64,000 nucleotides of DNA from Bacteroidota bacterium. GTDB lineage: Bacteria > Bacteroidota > Bacteroidia > NS11-12g > UBA9320. Positions 10,299-20,321 of the stretch are shown in pieces. Where the stretch lies: contig JABIUV010000014.1 in assembly GCA_018700895.1 (NCBI GenBank), positions 49,086 through 113,085 of the forward strand, in the 5' to 3' direction. The notes beneath the pieces are model-generated. The model was not told the DNA's origin, searched no databases, and saw nothing but the letters and a program-made list of their open reading frames with translations. How positions within the stretch are numbered: position 1 is the first letter of the stretch; the number at the start of each line of letters is the position of its first letter. The position numbers were made by a program, and so were the translations under genes.

Positions 10299-10959
10299 AG
10301 GCAAGACATCTTGCTTGAGCGTTCGCTTGGGCTCTAGATCCTTTCTAAGTGCCGTGTTTTGCCTTTTGCTCGCAAGTGTAAGCTACGCTCAACAGAGTTC
10401 AAATAATCAAAAGTGGATGCCGATAGGAAATGACAGCCTACGTGTGCAACAGAGATACATTGCCAATGAATCATCACGGACTATTTCAATTTACGTATTA
10501 GACGCAGGGTTAGATAAACGCTTACAACGGTTGTATGAAACCTTAGTGCAACAAGAGGATAGTGTGAACTATCGGATTGTTGGAATTGCTCACTCTAAGT
10601 TTAGCGGGAAGAAGCGACGTAGGGATTTTGTGCCTGCGACTGAAGATTCATTTTTTATGCCCAAAGCAAAGTTTGTAGGAGCTGCAGATGAATTTCTGAG
10701 GATTATTGTAGATTCTATACTGCCCGTTTGTGATGCGAATACTGACAAACGAATTCTAATTGGACATTCTTTCGGAGGATTATTTGGGGTTTATTGTGCT
10801 ACACGATGTGAGTCACCTGTTGATGAGGTATATGTACTTAGTCCATCACTGTGGGTGAATGCAGGTTCGTTCAGGAGATACTATTTAAGCTATCTGAGCA
10901 CACAGTTTTACACGCTGGATTGTAGTCTATACTTCTTACTACTTCATTCTCAAGAATAG
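10258..10959 (+). CDS. putative esterase (alpha/beta hydrolase, GHSFGG nucleophile elbow), possibly C-terminally truncated
   Basis: 'ILIGHSFGGLFGVYCA' is a GxSxG serine-hydrolase motif. Signal-like 'FLSAVFCLLLASVSYAQ' suggests the real start is downstream of 10258, around 10330. The C-terminal ~30 aa are low-complexity and atypical. Confidence 0.5.
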   Translation: MMLQLRPWMRRCCKGKTSCLSVRLGSRSFLSAVFCLLLASVSYAQQSSNNQKWMPIGNDSLRVQQRYIANESSRTISIYVLDAGLDKRLQRLYETLVQQEDSVNYRIVGIAHSKFSGKKRRRDFVPATEDSFFMPKAKFVGAADEFLRIIVDSILPVCDANTDKRILIGHSFGGLFGVYCATRCESPVDEVYVLSPSLWVNAGSFRRYYLSYLSTQFYTLDCSLYFLLLHSQE

Positions 10960-11107
10960 TACTAGAAAGTGGAATCGTCTTTACTTGGTTATCATCTAAT
11001 GAGTGATATACTAAATTTGATTGAACGATAGAGACTAAGACATTATCACCTTGAGCCAAAGAATCAAATGCTAACATTGTTAACATTACCAAAATTATCA
11101 TTTTCAT
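10871..11107 (-). CDS. small secreted hypothetical protein (78 aa)
   Basis: Signal peptide MKMIILVMLTMLAFDSLAQ. Overlaps the 3' end of the esterase ORF on the opposite strand, so only one of the two is likely to be fully real. Confidence 0.25.
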   Translation of the reverse strand: MKMIILVMLTMLAFDSLAQGDNVLVSIVQSNLVYHSLDDNQVKTIPLSSTILENEVVRSIDYNPACKTVCSDSLNSIS

Positions 11108-11130
11108 AGTACAAAAATATAGGGATTTGC

Positions 11131-11547
11131 CTATATCGTCGCAATCACCTTCAGCTCTATGCCGATAGGTGTGGGCAGACAGTTTATCTCCAGTGTAGTT
11201 CTACACGGTTGATTGTCCTTGAAGTACTCTGCATACAGACGATTATAGATCTTAAAATCATCTTTCATATTGGTCAGGAATACGGTAACATCTACCACGT
11301 TGGCCCAGCTACTACCCGAGTCTTCTAGGATGGTTTTCACATTGTTAAACACAGAGTGACATTGTTTTTCGATGTCGTAACTAGCAATGGATCCATCTTC
11401 GTTTAGCTCTACGCCTGGTATTTTTTTGGTGCCTCGTTCGCGTGGTCCTACTCCACTGAGGAATAGAAGGTTTCCTACTCTACGTGCGTGTGGATATGCT
11501 CCTACAGGTTCGGGTGCTTTGTTGCTATTTAGTATCTCTTGGCTCAT
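11131..11547 (-). CDS. ridA: RidA/YjgF family reactive-intermediate deaminase
   Basis: 138 aa. 'APEPVGAYPHARRVGNLLFLSGVGP...' with C-terminal 'TTLEINCLPTPIGIELKVIA' typical of the YjgF/chorismate-mutase-like fold. Confidence 0.85.
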   Translation of the reverse strand: MSQEILNSNKAPEPVGAYPHARRVGNLLFLSGVGPRERGTKKIPGVELNEDGSIASYDIEKQCHSVFNNVKTILEDSGSSWANVVDVTVFLTNMKDDFKIYNRLYAEYFKDNQPCRTTLEINCLPTPIGIELKVIATI

Positions 11548-12716
11548 TATTTTTCGTCCTCTATGCGTATTTCTATTTGATCGGTCTTTTTAATAACGGT
11601 CCCACTCTTTTTTGGTTTGGTGACTTTTGCCGTTGCCGCAGTACTACGACTTATCGTTGTTGTATTGACTTTTTTTTTTGAGCTGGCTTTTGGAGCCTGC
11701 TTTATTTTCTTTACTACGTAAGTTTTGGGTACTTTAACCTTACGAGATGCAATGTCTGTCGGTATAGCAAAATAACCTGCGGGATTGGATACGCCCTTTG
11801 GTTGTGCGGCAGCGGCCACTTTGGTAAGGTCAGGAGAGAGAGATACCGCGTTTACTTTATGGTTTTCTAATGCCACACTTTTTAGCTTGGTGCGGTCTTT
11901 AAGTGAATATACATTGACCACACCATCTAAACCGCCACTTACAAGGTATAAACCAAATGCATCCATATCAATGTCGGTTACGGCCCAGGTGTGGTCTGTA
12001 AACTGATGCTCCTCTTTGCCCGTGGCAATATTCCAAATGCGAATAGTTTTGTCCTTAGAACTCGATATGAGGAACTTGCGGTCTAAGGTTACGAGCATAT
12101 CCGTTACCTCATTGGTGTGTCCGCTAAATGTTCTAAGTAATTTGCCGAAAATATCATACTGACTTATCTCAGCACCACCATCAGTAGCTATGAAATAGCT
12201 CATTCTGTCTAAGGCTACCGCGGCAGCAGAAATGGGGCGTTTCACATCGATAGGCATTACTTTGTCCTTGGCAAGATCATACGTCAAAAATTTACCATTA
12301 TGACTCGCACAAAAGATGGTACGCATACCCGGTCCGTATATTAGTTTATTGATTTGGCCTTCGGATATAGTAAGGGAAGTGTCTAAGGTTAAAATGCTAA
12401 AAAAAGAGTCGTTGAACTCATACTTGTTTAATATGCCGTCCTGTCCACCAGCGATAAACCAATTGTTGTCTCTGCTAAATGCGATACTATTTATCGCTCC
12501 TTGATAGTTTTCCTCGCGATGAACAAGAGTTCCTAGGCGGTCTGTAGTTTGTACTGCGATGGTTGCATCCCAGCTACCAGATACCACGTACTTGCCGTTA
12601 GGAGAATATGTTATAGTCGAAATGTCGTCTGTATGATTTGCAAAATAGGGAAAACTGTCTACCTGAGCGTTTACAGTGTAAGAACCTACGAGCAGTGCTA
12701 TTATTAAAAACCTCAT
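11547..12716 (-). CDS. secreted WD40/beta-propeller repeat protein with lysine-rich C-terminal tail
   Basis: Signal peptide MRFLIIALLVGSYTVNAQ. Repeated '..SPNGKYVVSGSWDATIAV..', 'TDHTWAVTDIDM..GLYLVSGGLDGVVNVYSL' WD-like blades. C-terminal ~80 aa are Lys/Thr/Ser-rich and low-complexity. Confidence 0.7.
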   Translation of the reverse strand: MRFLIIALLVGSYTVNAQVDSFPYFANHTDDISTITYSPNGKYVVSGSWDATIAVQTTDRLGTLVHREENYQGAINSIAFSRDNNWFIAGGQDGILNKYEFNDSFFSILTLDTSLTISEGQINKLIYGPGMRTIFCASHNGKFLTYDLAKDKVMPIDVKRPISAAAVALDRMSYFIATDGGAEISQYDIFGKLLRTFSGHTNEVTDMLVTLDRKFLISSSKDKTIRIWNIATGKEEHQFTDHTWAVTDIDMDAFGLYLVSGGLDGVVNVYSLKDRTKLKSVALENHKVNAVSLSPDLTKVAAAAQPKGVSNPAGYFAIPTDIASRKVKVPKTYVVKKIKQAPKASSKKKVNTTTISRSTAATAKVTKPKKSGTVIKKTDQIEIRIEDEK

Positions 12717-12732
12717 GTGAACGGCTAAGGTA

Positions 12733-14049
12733 CTAATTTTTATAAAATAACCACTTGCCCAGTTCCTTGTAGCTTACTTTTTTACCATACATGAGGATGC
12801 CTGTACGGTATATTTTACCGGCAAACCATATTGCCCCAAGTATACTTACTAGCAATATGAGCATAGAAAGTATGAGTTGCCAATTTTCGGCAGGAGTTAA
12901 AAAAGGCAGACGTACCATCATACTAATGGGAGAGGTGAGCGGTATCATACTGAGCCAGGTGGCCAGTGTACCATTGGGGTCTCCTACTACCGTAGAAAAA
13001 GATACGGCAATAGCGAATACCAATGGTATGGATACAGGAAACATAAACTGCTGCGTATCTGTCTCACTGTCTACCGCACTGCCAATAGCGGCAAATAAGG
13101 CTCCGTAAAATAGGTAGCCTCCTAAAAAGTAAAAGACAAATACTCCAAATATTTTACCCAGTGGCAATGCCAAAAAGTCGGAGAAAAACTGTAGCTGAGT
13201 TACATCTATCTTTGCTAGAGCAGTGTTACCTTCTAGGTTTTGGAGGTGCTGAAGGTCGCTTATATTTAATCCTATAATCAGCCCAATGACTCCCATAAGA
13301 ATAGAGGAGAGTAAGACCCATATGGTTAGTTGCGTTAAACCAACTAGAGCAATGCCCAGTACTTTGCCCACCATCAGTTCAAATGGCTTAACGGTACTCA
13401 CTATAAGCTCCACGATTCGGTTTGTTTTTTCTTCTATCACACCCTTCATTACCTGAACGCCGTATAGGAAAATGAACATATATATGATAAAAGACATAGC
13501 AACACCCAATGCCGAGTTTACGCCTAGGTTGCTGCTTGTAGTACTACCGTCTTTGTCTACCTTGTATTGGTTTATGTATACTTTAGTTTTGAGGCGGTCT
13601 ATGTCAGACTGCTCCAAACCTATTTTTACGAGACGTTGCTGCTGCATAGCCTTGTGAAAAGAACTTTCTATTTTCCCATTGTTACTAGCACTTAGAGTAC
13701 TTATGCTTTCATAAGTGATTTCTAGTTTATTTTCTAGTGAGAAGTCACTAGGTATAGTGATGAGAGCATCTATACTATCACTAGCTAGTAAATCATCTTT
13801 GGTATAGTGATTAGTGTATAAGTAGGTCGTATTATCAGGGTTTTCTAGTTTGTCTGCGAAAATACCTGTAGGGTCTACCACGATTATATTCATTTGCTCG
13901 GTTGAGCTACTTTGACCTATACTTACCCAAATAATCACACCGTAAAAACCTGCTATAAGGAGCGGTGTAAGTAGCGTCATGAGTATGAAGCTTTTCTTCT
14001 TTACACGAGTAAGGTATTCTCGTGCAGTAACTAGTTTTATGTTGCTCAT
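12733..14049 (-). CDS. ABC-2 family transporter permease (NatB-like)
   Basis: 438 aa. N-terminal TM helix, large periplasmic loop, then a cluster of 5 TM helices, which is the ABC-2 topology. 4-nt overlap (ATGA) with the upstream ATPase gene. Confidence 0.75.
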   Translation of the reverse strand: MSNIKLVTAREYLTRVKKKSFILMTLLTPLLIAGFYGVIIWVSIGQSSSTEQMNIIVVDPTGIFADKLENPDNTTYLYTNHYTKDDLLASDSIDALITIPSDFSLENKLEITYESISTLSASNNGKIESSFHKAMQQQRLVKIGLEQSDIDRLKTKVYINQYKVDKDGSTTSSNLGVNSALGVAMSFIIYMFIFLYGVQVMKGVIEEKTNRIVELIVSTVKPFELMVGKVLGIALVGLTQLTIWVLLSSILMGVIGLIIGLNISDLQHLQNLEGNTALAKIDVTQLQFFSDFLALPLGKIFGVFVFYFLGGYLFYGALFAAIGSAVDSETDTQQFMFPVSIPLVFAIAVSFSTVVGDPNGTLATWLSMIPLTSPISMMVRLPFLTPAENWQLILSMLILLVSILGAIWFAGKIYRTGILMYGKKVSYKELGKWLFYKN

Positions 14050-14945
14050 GAGTTGGTATCGGTTAAGGTTAAAAATACTTCTTGCATACTGGGTAGTACC
14101 TCACGGTACTCGGTGATATGTAATTCGCTCACATTAAAAAGCTGGATATCAGGTTTGTTTTTGTAGTTGAATAGCAGCGTAGTGAAGCCATCATTTTCTT
14201 CTATTTTTTTTAGGTTTATCCCTGCGATGTTCTCAGGTTTCATATCTCCCGTATAGGATATGGTGTAGGTGTCATCTTTTAGGCTTTTGCGTACATCCAT
14301 TACACTGCCACTGGTTACTACTTGAGCTTTGTTAAGTAGTACGACATCATCACAAATAGCTTCTACATTTTCCATCCGATGGGTGCTGAGCATAATGCTA
14401 GAGCCGTTTCGTTTCAGTTCTTGTATCTCATCTTTAATCAGTTGGGTGTTTTTGGGATCAAACCCGGTGAATGGCTCGTCTAGGATGATGAAGTCGGGCT
14501 GATGCATTACCGTAACAATGAATTGTATCTTCTGTTGCATTCCTTTGCTCAGTTCCTCTATTTTCTTTTTGCTCCAAGTCGTTGCTTCAAATTTTTCGAG
14601 CCAAAACCCGATGGTTTTTTTAGCGGCGGAGGTCGTCATTCCTCTTAGGCGAGCAAAGTAAAGCAGTTGGTCGTACACCGTCATTTTCTTGTATAGACCA
14701 CGTTCTTCGGGCAGGTAACCTATCCGTGATATGTGCGTCTTGTTAAGCTCTTCATTATCAAAAAAGATGGTCCCCTCATCAGGAGCCGTAATTTGATTAA
14801 TGATTCGTATTAAGGAGGTTTTACCTGCACCATTGGGTCCTAAGAGTCCAAATATTTTCCCCTTGGGTACATCAAAAGTTACCTTGCTGAGAGCGGTATG
14901 ATTGGCGTAGTGCTTAGATACGCCTTGTATTTGGATAATGCTCAT
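14046..14945 (-). CDS. ABC transporter ATP-binding protein (NatA-like)
   Basis: Walker A 'GPNGAGKTS', signature 'LSKGMQQK', Walker B 'IILDEP'. Confidence 0.9.
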   Translation of the reverse strand: MSIIQIQGVSKHYANHTALSKVTFDVPKGKIFGLLGPNGAGKTSLIRIINQITAPDEGTIFFDNEELNKTHISRIGYLPEERGLYKKMTVYDQLLYFARLRGMTTSAAKKTIGFWLEKFEATTWSKKKIEELSKGMQQKIQFIVTVMHQPDFIILDEPFTGFDPKNTQLIKDEIQELKRNGSSIMLSTHRMENVEAICDDVVLLNKAQVVTSGSVMDVRKSLKDDTYTISYTGDMKPENIAGINLKKIEENDGFTTLLFNYKNKPDIQLFNVSELHITEYREVLPSMQEVFLTLTDTNS

Positions 14946-15054
14946 TGTGTAGCAAATTTAACACCCAAAAGTGGTGCTTCTCATTATCTCGACGAAGTTA
15001 TAGATATACTCGGGAGAGCTGGTTAGGTAAAGTGTTATTTACATTTTGTAAAGT

Positions 15055-15564
15055 TTGTATTACATTTGTGACTTGAAATCAATAGTTTTATTCCCTAATT
15101 ACTTTAAAAAAATCGGTTGGGTCTTAATAGTAGCAGCCTTAGGTATTTGGCTATGCAGTGAAATATTGGATCTTGATTTAAGTTTTTTAACCTTAAAAGT
15201 TCCGGCCATATATTCTGCTGACTATCCACTTGCCAGTGATCCTAAAGGTGGGTGGTTTGTGTATACAACTCAAGACATGGCGTACACCCTATTTTCCGTA
15301 TTCTTCATAGTAGGTGGCTTGCTCGTCATGTTTGCCCGTGAACAAGTAGAAGATGAGTTTATCCATTCGGTGCGGCACAGTGCTTTAATTTGGGCTGTGA
15401 GTATTAACTACCTATTATTACTTCTTGCGTTTTTAGGTTTATATGGCCCGGTGTTTATAGATGTTGTTATCTACAACGTCTACTCCATCTTGATTATTTA
15501 CATTCTTAGATTCAATTACCTACTCCGGATCAGCAAAAAGCGGGCGTTAGTTTATGAAGAATAA
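15055..15564 (+). CDS. membrane protein (DUF2975-like partner of YozG-type regulator)
   Basis: 169 aa, 4 predicted TM helices. 11-nt overlap with the downstream HTH gene. Confidence 0.5.
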   Translation: MYYICDLKSIVLFPNYFKKIGWVLIVAALGIWLCSEILDLDLSFLTLKVPAIYSADYPLASDPKGGWFVYTTQDMAYTLFSVFFIVGGLLVMFAREQVEDEFIHSVRHSALIWAVSINYLLLLLAFLGLYGPVFIDVVIYNVYSILIIYILRFNYLLRISKKRALVYEE

Positions 15565-15754
15565 CATTAAGGTACAACGGGCCATAAAGGGCATCACACA
15601 GCAAGTGCTCGCGGAGCAGGTAGGAGTAAGCCGACAGAGCATAGTCGCCATAGAGCAAGGCAAGTATGTTCCTTCTACGCTTTTGGCACTTAAGATTGCT
15701 GGTTATTTCGTAAAAGGAGTTGAGGAGATATTTGAATTAGAGGAGGGTGATTAG
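15554..15754 (+). CDS. XRE-family helix-turn-helix transcriptional regulator (YozG-like)
   Basis: 66 aa. 'ITQQVLAEQVGVSRQSIVAIEQGKYVPSTLLALKIA' is a canonical Cro/C1-type HTH. Confidence 0.8.
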   Translation: MKNNIKVQRAIKGITQQVLAEQVGVSRQSIVAIEQGKYVPSTLLALKIAGYFVKGVEEIFELEEGD

Positions 15755-15885
15755 GTTTTCTATTGCAAGTGAGATGTTTTTAGTAATAGGGTACGAGTTG
15801 ATAGGCGGCATATCATTTTGTTAAGAAGCAATCTATTCGCTAGGCACTTTGTTAATCCATAAGCAAAACATCACCTTTGTAAAAA

Positions 15886-17925
15886 ATGAATCAAGCCCAG
15901 ATGGATTTTAAATCACTCATAGCTCAAGGAATACCAGCAGAATTGCCTACTGCAGTCGACCCTTCGACTTCGCTCAGGTTGACTGATGGCTCTACCAACA
16001 CTCCCGCCCCTAAGCGTAAAGACATCCTCAGCTTAGAAGAGAAGAAGCTAGCTATACGCAATGCATTGCGTTATTTCCCTAAGGAATGGCACGCAGAGTT
16101 AGCTCCAGAATTTGCCTCAGAACTCAAAGAATATGGCAGAATCTACATGCACAGATTTAAGCCAAGCTATAAAATCTATGCTCGCCCTATAGAACAGTAT
16201 CCAGCCAAGAGCAAGCAGGCTGCCGGCATTATGCTTATGATTCAAAACAATCTGGATCCTGCCGTAGCTCAGCATCCAGAAGAGTTGATTACCTACGGTG
16301 GAAATGGGGCAGTGTTTCAGAATTGGGCTCAATACCTGCTTACTATGAAGTACCTAAGTGAAATGACCGATGAGCAAACACTGCATATGTACAGTGGTCA
16401 CCCGATGGGATTGTTTCCTAGTAGCAAGGATGCTCCACGCGTAGTGGTGACCAACGGGATGATGATTTCCAACTACTCCAAACCCGATGACTGGGAAAAG
16501 TATAACGCTCTTGGCGTAACCCAATACGGCCAAATGACGGCAGGAAGTTTTATGTACATAGGCCCACAGGGGATAGTGCACGGTACTACGATTACCGTGA
16601 TGAATGCTTTCCGTATGAAACTAAAAGAAGGCGACACTCCTGCGGGTAAAATATTCCTCACAGCAGGACTGGGTGGTATGAGTGGAGCTCAGCCTAAGGC
16701 GGGAAACATAGCAGGCTGTATAACGATATGTGCAGAGGTAAATGCCGCTGCTGCTCACAAACGCCACGACCAAGGTTGGGTAGATGAATTGATTAGTGAT
16801 ATGGATGAGCTAGTAGTTCGTATCCGTAAGGCACAGTCAGGCAAAGAAGTAGTAAGCATAGCCTATGTAGGGAATGTGGTCGAGATTTGGGAGCGATTCG
16901 CAGACGAAGATATTTTCATACACGTAGGTAGTGACCAGACATCATTGCATAATCCATTTGCAGGAGGTTATTATCCCGTAGGATTAAACTTTGAAGAAAG
17001 CAATGAGATGATGGCCAATGAGCCAGATGAGTTCAAAGAGCGTGTATATGAATCACTCAGAAGACACGCTGCTGCTGTAGATAGAAACACAGCAAAAGGC
17101 ACCTACTTCTTTGATTATGGTAACGCATTTCTGCTAGAAAGCAGCAGAGCAGGTGCAGATATTATGGCGGAGAACGGTATTGATTTCAAATATCCAAGCT
17201 ACGTGCAAGATATACTTGGACCAATGTGTTTTGATTATGGTTTTGGACCATTCAGATGGGTGTGTGCGAGTGGAAATCCTAAAGATTTGCAAAAATCAGA
17301 CGAAATAGCGGCACAAGCGCTCAGAGAGATACAAGCTACGGCTCCTAAAGAAATACAACAACAGCTAGCAGATAATATCAAATGGATAGAAGAAGCAGGA
17401 GAAAACCAAATGGTGGTTGGTTCGCAGGCACGTATTCTTTATGCGGATAGCGAAGGTAGAATCAAAATTGCCGAAGCATTTAATAAAGCCATAGCTGCAG
17501 GAGAAATAAAAGATGAAATAATCCTGGGTAGAGATCACCACGATGTAAGCGGTACAGACTCACCATATAGAGAAACTAGTAATATCTATGATGGAAGCAA
17601 ATTCACTGCGGATATGGCGATACATAATGTGATAGGCGATAGTTTCCGCGGAGCTACTTGGGTAAGCATACATAATGGTGGTGGAGTAGGATGGGGTGAG
17701 GTGATGAACGGTGGTTTTGGAATGCTGCTAGATGGCTCTAATGAGGCTGACGCCCGCCTAAAAAATATGTTACACTACGATGTAAATAACGGAATAGCTC
17801 GACGTAGCTGGGCTCGCAATGAAAATGCTCAATTTGCCATAAAACGTGAAATGGAACGCAACGAGAAGCTGAAAGTTACACTTGCTCAGAGTGTGGATGA
17901 TATTTTGATTGATATATTATTTTAA
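15886..17925 (+). CDS. hutU: urocanate hydratase
   Basis: 679 aa. 'QMTAGSFMYIGPQGIVHGTTIT', 'GLGGMSGAQPKA' and other urocanase blocks. Length matches the long Bacteroidota form. Confidence 0.95.
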   Translation: MNQAQMDFKSLIAQGIPAELPTAVDPSTSLRLTDGSTNTPAPKRKDILSLEEKKLAIRNALRYFPKEWHAELAPEFASELKEYGRIYMHRFKPSYKIYARPIEQYPAKSKQAAGIMLMIQNNLDPAVAQHPEELITYGGNGAVFQNWAQYLLTMKYLSEMTDEQTLHMYSGHPMGLFPSSKDAPRVVVTNGMMISNYSKPDDWEKYNALGVTQYGQMTAGSFMYIGPQGIVHGTTITVMNAFRMKLKEGDTPAGKIFLTAGLGGMSGAQPKAGNIAGCITICAEVNAAAAHKRHDQGWVDELISDMDELVVRIRKAQSGKEVVSIAYVGNVVEIWERFADEDIFIHVGSDQTSLHNPFAGGYYPVGLNFEESNEMMANEPDEFKERVYESLRRHAAAVDRNTAKGTYFFDYGNAFLLESSRAGADIMAENGIDFKYPSYVQDILGPMCFDYGFGPFRWVCASGNPKDLQKSDEIAAQALREIQATAPKEIQQQLADNIKWIEEAGENQMVVGSQARILYADSEGRIKIAEAFNKAIAAGEIKDEIILGRDHHDVSGTDSPYRETSNIYDGSKFTADMAIHNVIGDSFRGATWVSIHNGGGVGWGEVMNGGFGMLLDGSNEADARLKNMLHYDVNNGIARRSWARNENAQFAIKREMERNEKLKVTLAQSVDDILIDILF

Positions 17926-18046
17926 ATATAAATGGGTTCTTTTATCTGAGGTCAGAGAAGTGCAAGAACAGACAAAATTCTATATTAAAGTACCAAAAAA
18001 AGCCAACTTCACAGTTGGCTTAAATTTTCTTATTACGGTTTGAGTA

Positions 18047-19177
18047 CTAGTTGAAAAAGTCCTTCATCTTATCAAAAAAGCCTTTCTCCTTAGTTGGGTC
18101 GGGTGTAAAGTTTTCTGCGTCCAGCAATGACTTCATCATAGCCTTTTCTTCATTATTCAACTTGTTTGGGGTAAATACATTTACGTAGATGAGTTGGTCA
18201 CCAGTTCTGTAACCTCCGTTTACGTCGGGTATGCCTTTGCCCCGCAGTCGTAGTACCTTACCGCTTTGGGTGCCTGATTCAATTTTGATACGAGCTTTAC
18301 CGCCTACTGTCGGTACTTCTACATCTGTACCTAAAGCCGCTTGCGGAAAGCTCATGTGAAGGTTGTAGATGACATTGTTGCCATCGCGTTCCAAAGTCTC
18401 GTGTTTTACCTCTTCTACTAGCACTATGAGGTCTCCCGCCACACCGCCTGGCATCTCGTTTCCTTTACCTCTAACGTTGAGTTGCATACCATCAGATACG
18501 CCTGCAGGTATGTCTATGGTTGTGGTAACCTTCTCACTCATTAGGCCCATTCCATCCGCACCTGGAGGTACATTTTTCACCTTTTTACCCATCCCACGGC
18601 AGGTAGGACAAGGACTAGCTGTTTGCATTTGGCCTAAGAAGGTGCTTTGCACTCTCGTAACTTGTCCTCTACCACCACACGTGGCACAGTTGTCAAACTG
18701 TACACCTACTGCTGCTACCTTTTTGGTGTACTTTATTTTTTTCTCTACCCCGTTAGTGATGTCCTCAAGCGTAAGTTTTAGCTTGATTCGGATATTGGAT
18801 CCAACGGCTTGTTGAGTCCTCCCTCCGCGACCACCGCTGCCGAAGAAACTTTCAAAAGGGCTTCCTCCACCGCCACCACCAAAGATGTCGCCAAACTGGC
18901 TGAATATGTCGTCCATATTCATTCCGCCACCGCCAAAACCGCCTTGACTTCCGCCTACTCCCGCGTGCCCAAATTGATCGTAACGTTGTCTTTTTTCTCC
19001 ATTGCTTAGTATCTCGTAAGCTTCGGCTGCTTCTTTAAATTTTTCTTCAGCCTCTTTATTGTCAGGGTTTTTATCGGGGTGATATTGTATAGCCTTTTTG
19101 CGGTAGGCTTTTTTTATTTCGGCTTCAGATGCATTCTTCGCAACACCGAGGATATCATAAAAATCTCTTTTACTCAT
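18047..19177 (-). CDS. dnaJ: molecular chaperone DnaJ
   Basis: J-domain '[33 protein letters not shown]', Gly/Phe-rich linker, four CxxCxGxG zinc-finger repeats. Confidence 0.95.
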   Translation of the reverse strand: MSKRDFYDILGVAKNASEAEIKKAYRKKAIQYHPDKNPDNKEAEEKFKEAAEAYEILSNGEKRQRYDQFGHAGVGGSQGGFGGGGMNMDDIFSQFGDIFGGGGGGSPFESFFGSGGRGGRTQQAVGSNIRIKLKLTLEDITNGVEKKIKYTKKVAAVGVQFDNCATCGGRGQVTRVQSTFLGQMQTASPCPTCRGMGKKVKNVPPGADGMGLMSEKVTTTIDIPAGVSDGMQLNVRGKGNEMPGGVAGDLIVLVEEVKHETLERDGNNVIYNLHMSFPQAALGTDVEVPTVGGKARIKIESGTQSGKVLRLRGKGIPDVNGGYRTGDQLIYVNVFTPNKLNNEEKAMMKSLLDAENFTPDPTKEKGFFDKMKDFFN

Positions 19178-19178
19178 A

Positions 19179-19715
19179 CTATTCTCCTACTACTACCTTG
19201 GCAAATCGTATCACCTTATCATTGAGCTTATAACCTTTTTCTATCTCATCTACTACCTTGCCTTTTAATTTTTTGCTAGGGGCGGGTATTTTGGTAATAG
19301 CTTCGTGTACCTCAGGGTCAAAAGCAGTCTCTATTGATTTGAAATGTTTCAAGCCTTTATTCTCGAGTGTGCTTTTAAACTTATTGTACACTAAGTCAAC
19401 GCCTGTTCTAATGGTCTTGACATTTGCTTTTTTATCCATGTTTTGAAGTGCTCGTTCAAAATCGTCCATCACAGGAAGTAAGTCTGTCAAAATATCTTGT
19501 CCAGCGGTTTTGAAAAGCTCTACACGCTCACGTGAGGTGCGCTTTCTATAATTGTCAAATTCGGAGTATAGTCTCAGATACTTATCGTTCAGCTCATTAT
19601 ATTTATCTTCAGTTGTGGGCTCTGTATTTTCAACTGATTTACTATCAGTATCTTGCGAAGTTTCTGCAGTCGTGTTTTGTATGTCTTCTTCTTGATCTTT
19701 TGTTTCGTCAACCAT
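19179..19715 (-). CDS. grpE: nucleotide exchange factor GrpE
   Basis: 178 aa. '[19 protein letters not shown]' coiled-coil region and C-terminal beta domain. 1-nt spacer to dnaJ. Confidence 0.9.
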   Translation of the reverse strand: MVDETKDQEEDIQNTTAETSQDTDSKSVENTEPTTEDKYNELNDKYLRLYSEFDNYRKRTSRERVELFKTAGQDILTDLLPVMDDFERALQNMDKKANVKTIRTGVDLVYNKFKSTLENKGLKHFKSIETAFDPEVHEAITKIPAPSKKLKGKVVDEIEKGYKLNDKVIRFAKVVVGE

Positions 19716-19790
19716 TACTCTGTGTGCATTTATGTGCTAGCATAAGGGCAAAAGTATTGCCATTGTAGTGCTGTGTCATATTGACACTGT

Positions 19791-20318
19791 TTACTCTGTC
19801 ACGTGTTGAGCCAATAGTTGACTTAGTTTATTGCCAAACAAGCCTTTAGCAATGATACGTCCTGAACTATCTATGAGTACATTGTGAGGAAGGTATCGGA
19901 AGTTGTAAGATTGTACCAATGGGCTATTCCATTTTTTAAAATCAGATACGTGATTGGGCCAAGCAAGATGATCGTTTTTTATGGCCTTGTGCCATACACT
20001 AGAATCTGTATCAAGACTCACGCTATATACATCAAAACCTTGTCCAATATCAAATGTGCTATCGCGATATGTGAGGTATGCTTGTCTTACGTTTTTATTT
20101 TCTACACGGCAGGTTCTGCACCAACTGGCCCAAAAATCCACAAAAACAACTTTGCCCCGTAAATCACTCAGGCGAATAGTGTCACCTTTAAATCCCAAGA
20201 GCTCTATGTTAGGAGCCATTTCTCCTACTGCAGGACGAATTATATGCTGTTGTGCACCGATGTAGGAAAATAGGAGGGAAAGTAGAATTGTAAACGTTAT
20301 GGATTTGATCCATTCCAT
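19791..20318 (-). CDS. TlpA-like thiol-disulfide oxidoreductase (thioredoxin fold)
   Basis: Signal peptide. 'FVDFWASWCRTCRVE' is a CxxC redox motif in TlpA/ResA context. Confidence 0.75.
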   Translation of the reverse strand: MEWIKSITFTILLSLLFSYIGAQQHIIRPAVGEMAPNIELLGFKGDTIRLSDLRGKVVFVDFWASWCRTCRVENKNVRQAYLTYRDSTFDIGQGFDVYSVSLDTDSSVWHKAIKNDHLAWPNHVSDFKKWNSPLVQSYNFRYLPHNVLIDSSGRIIAKGLFGNKLSQLLAQHVTE

Positions 20319-20321
20319 AAA

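Noticed and set aside
16117-16661. Minus-strand ORFs within hutU
   Set aside because: They are antisense to the strongly supported urocanase frame.
19716-19790. CIRCE (TTAGCACTC-N9-GAGTGCTAA) heat-shock operator upstream of grpE-dnaJ
   Set aside because: The sequence is absent. This is consistent with Bacteroidota not using HrcA/CIRCE for this operon.
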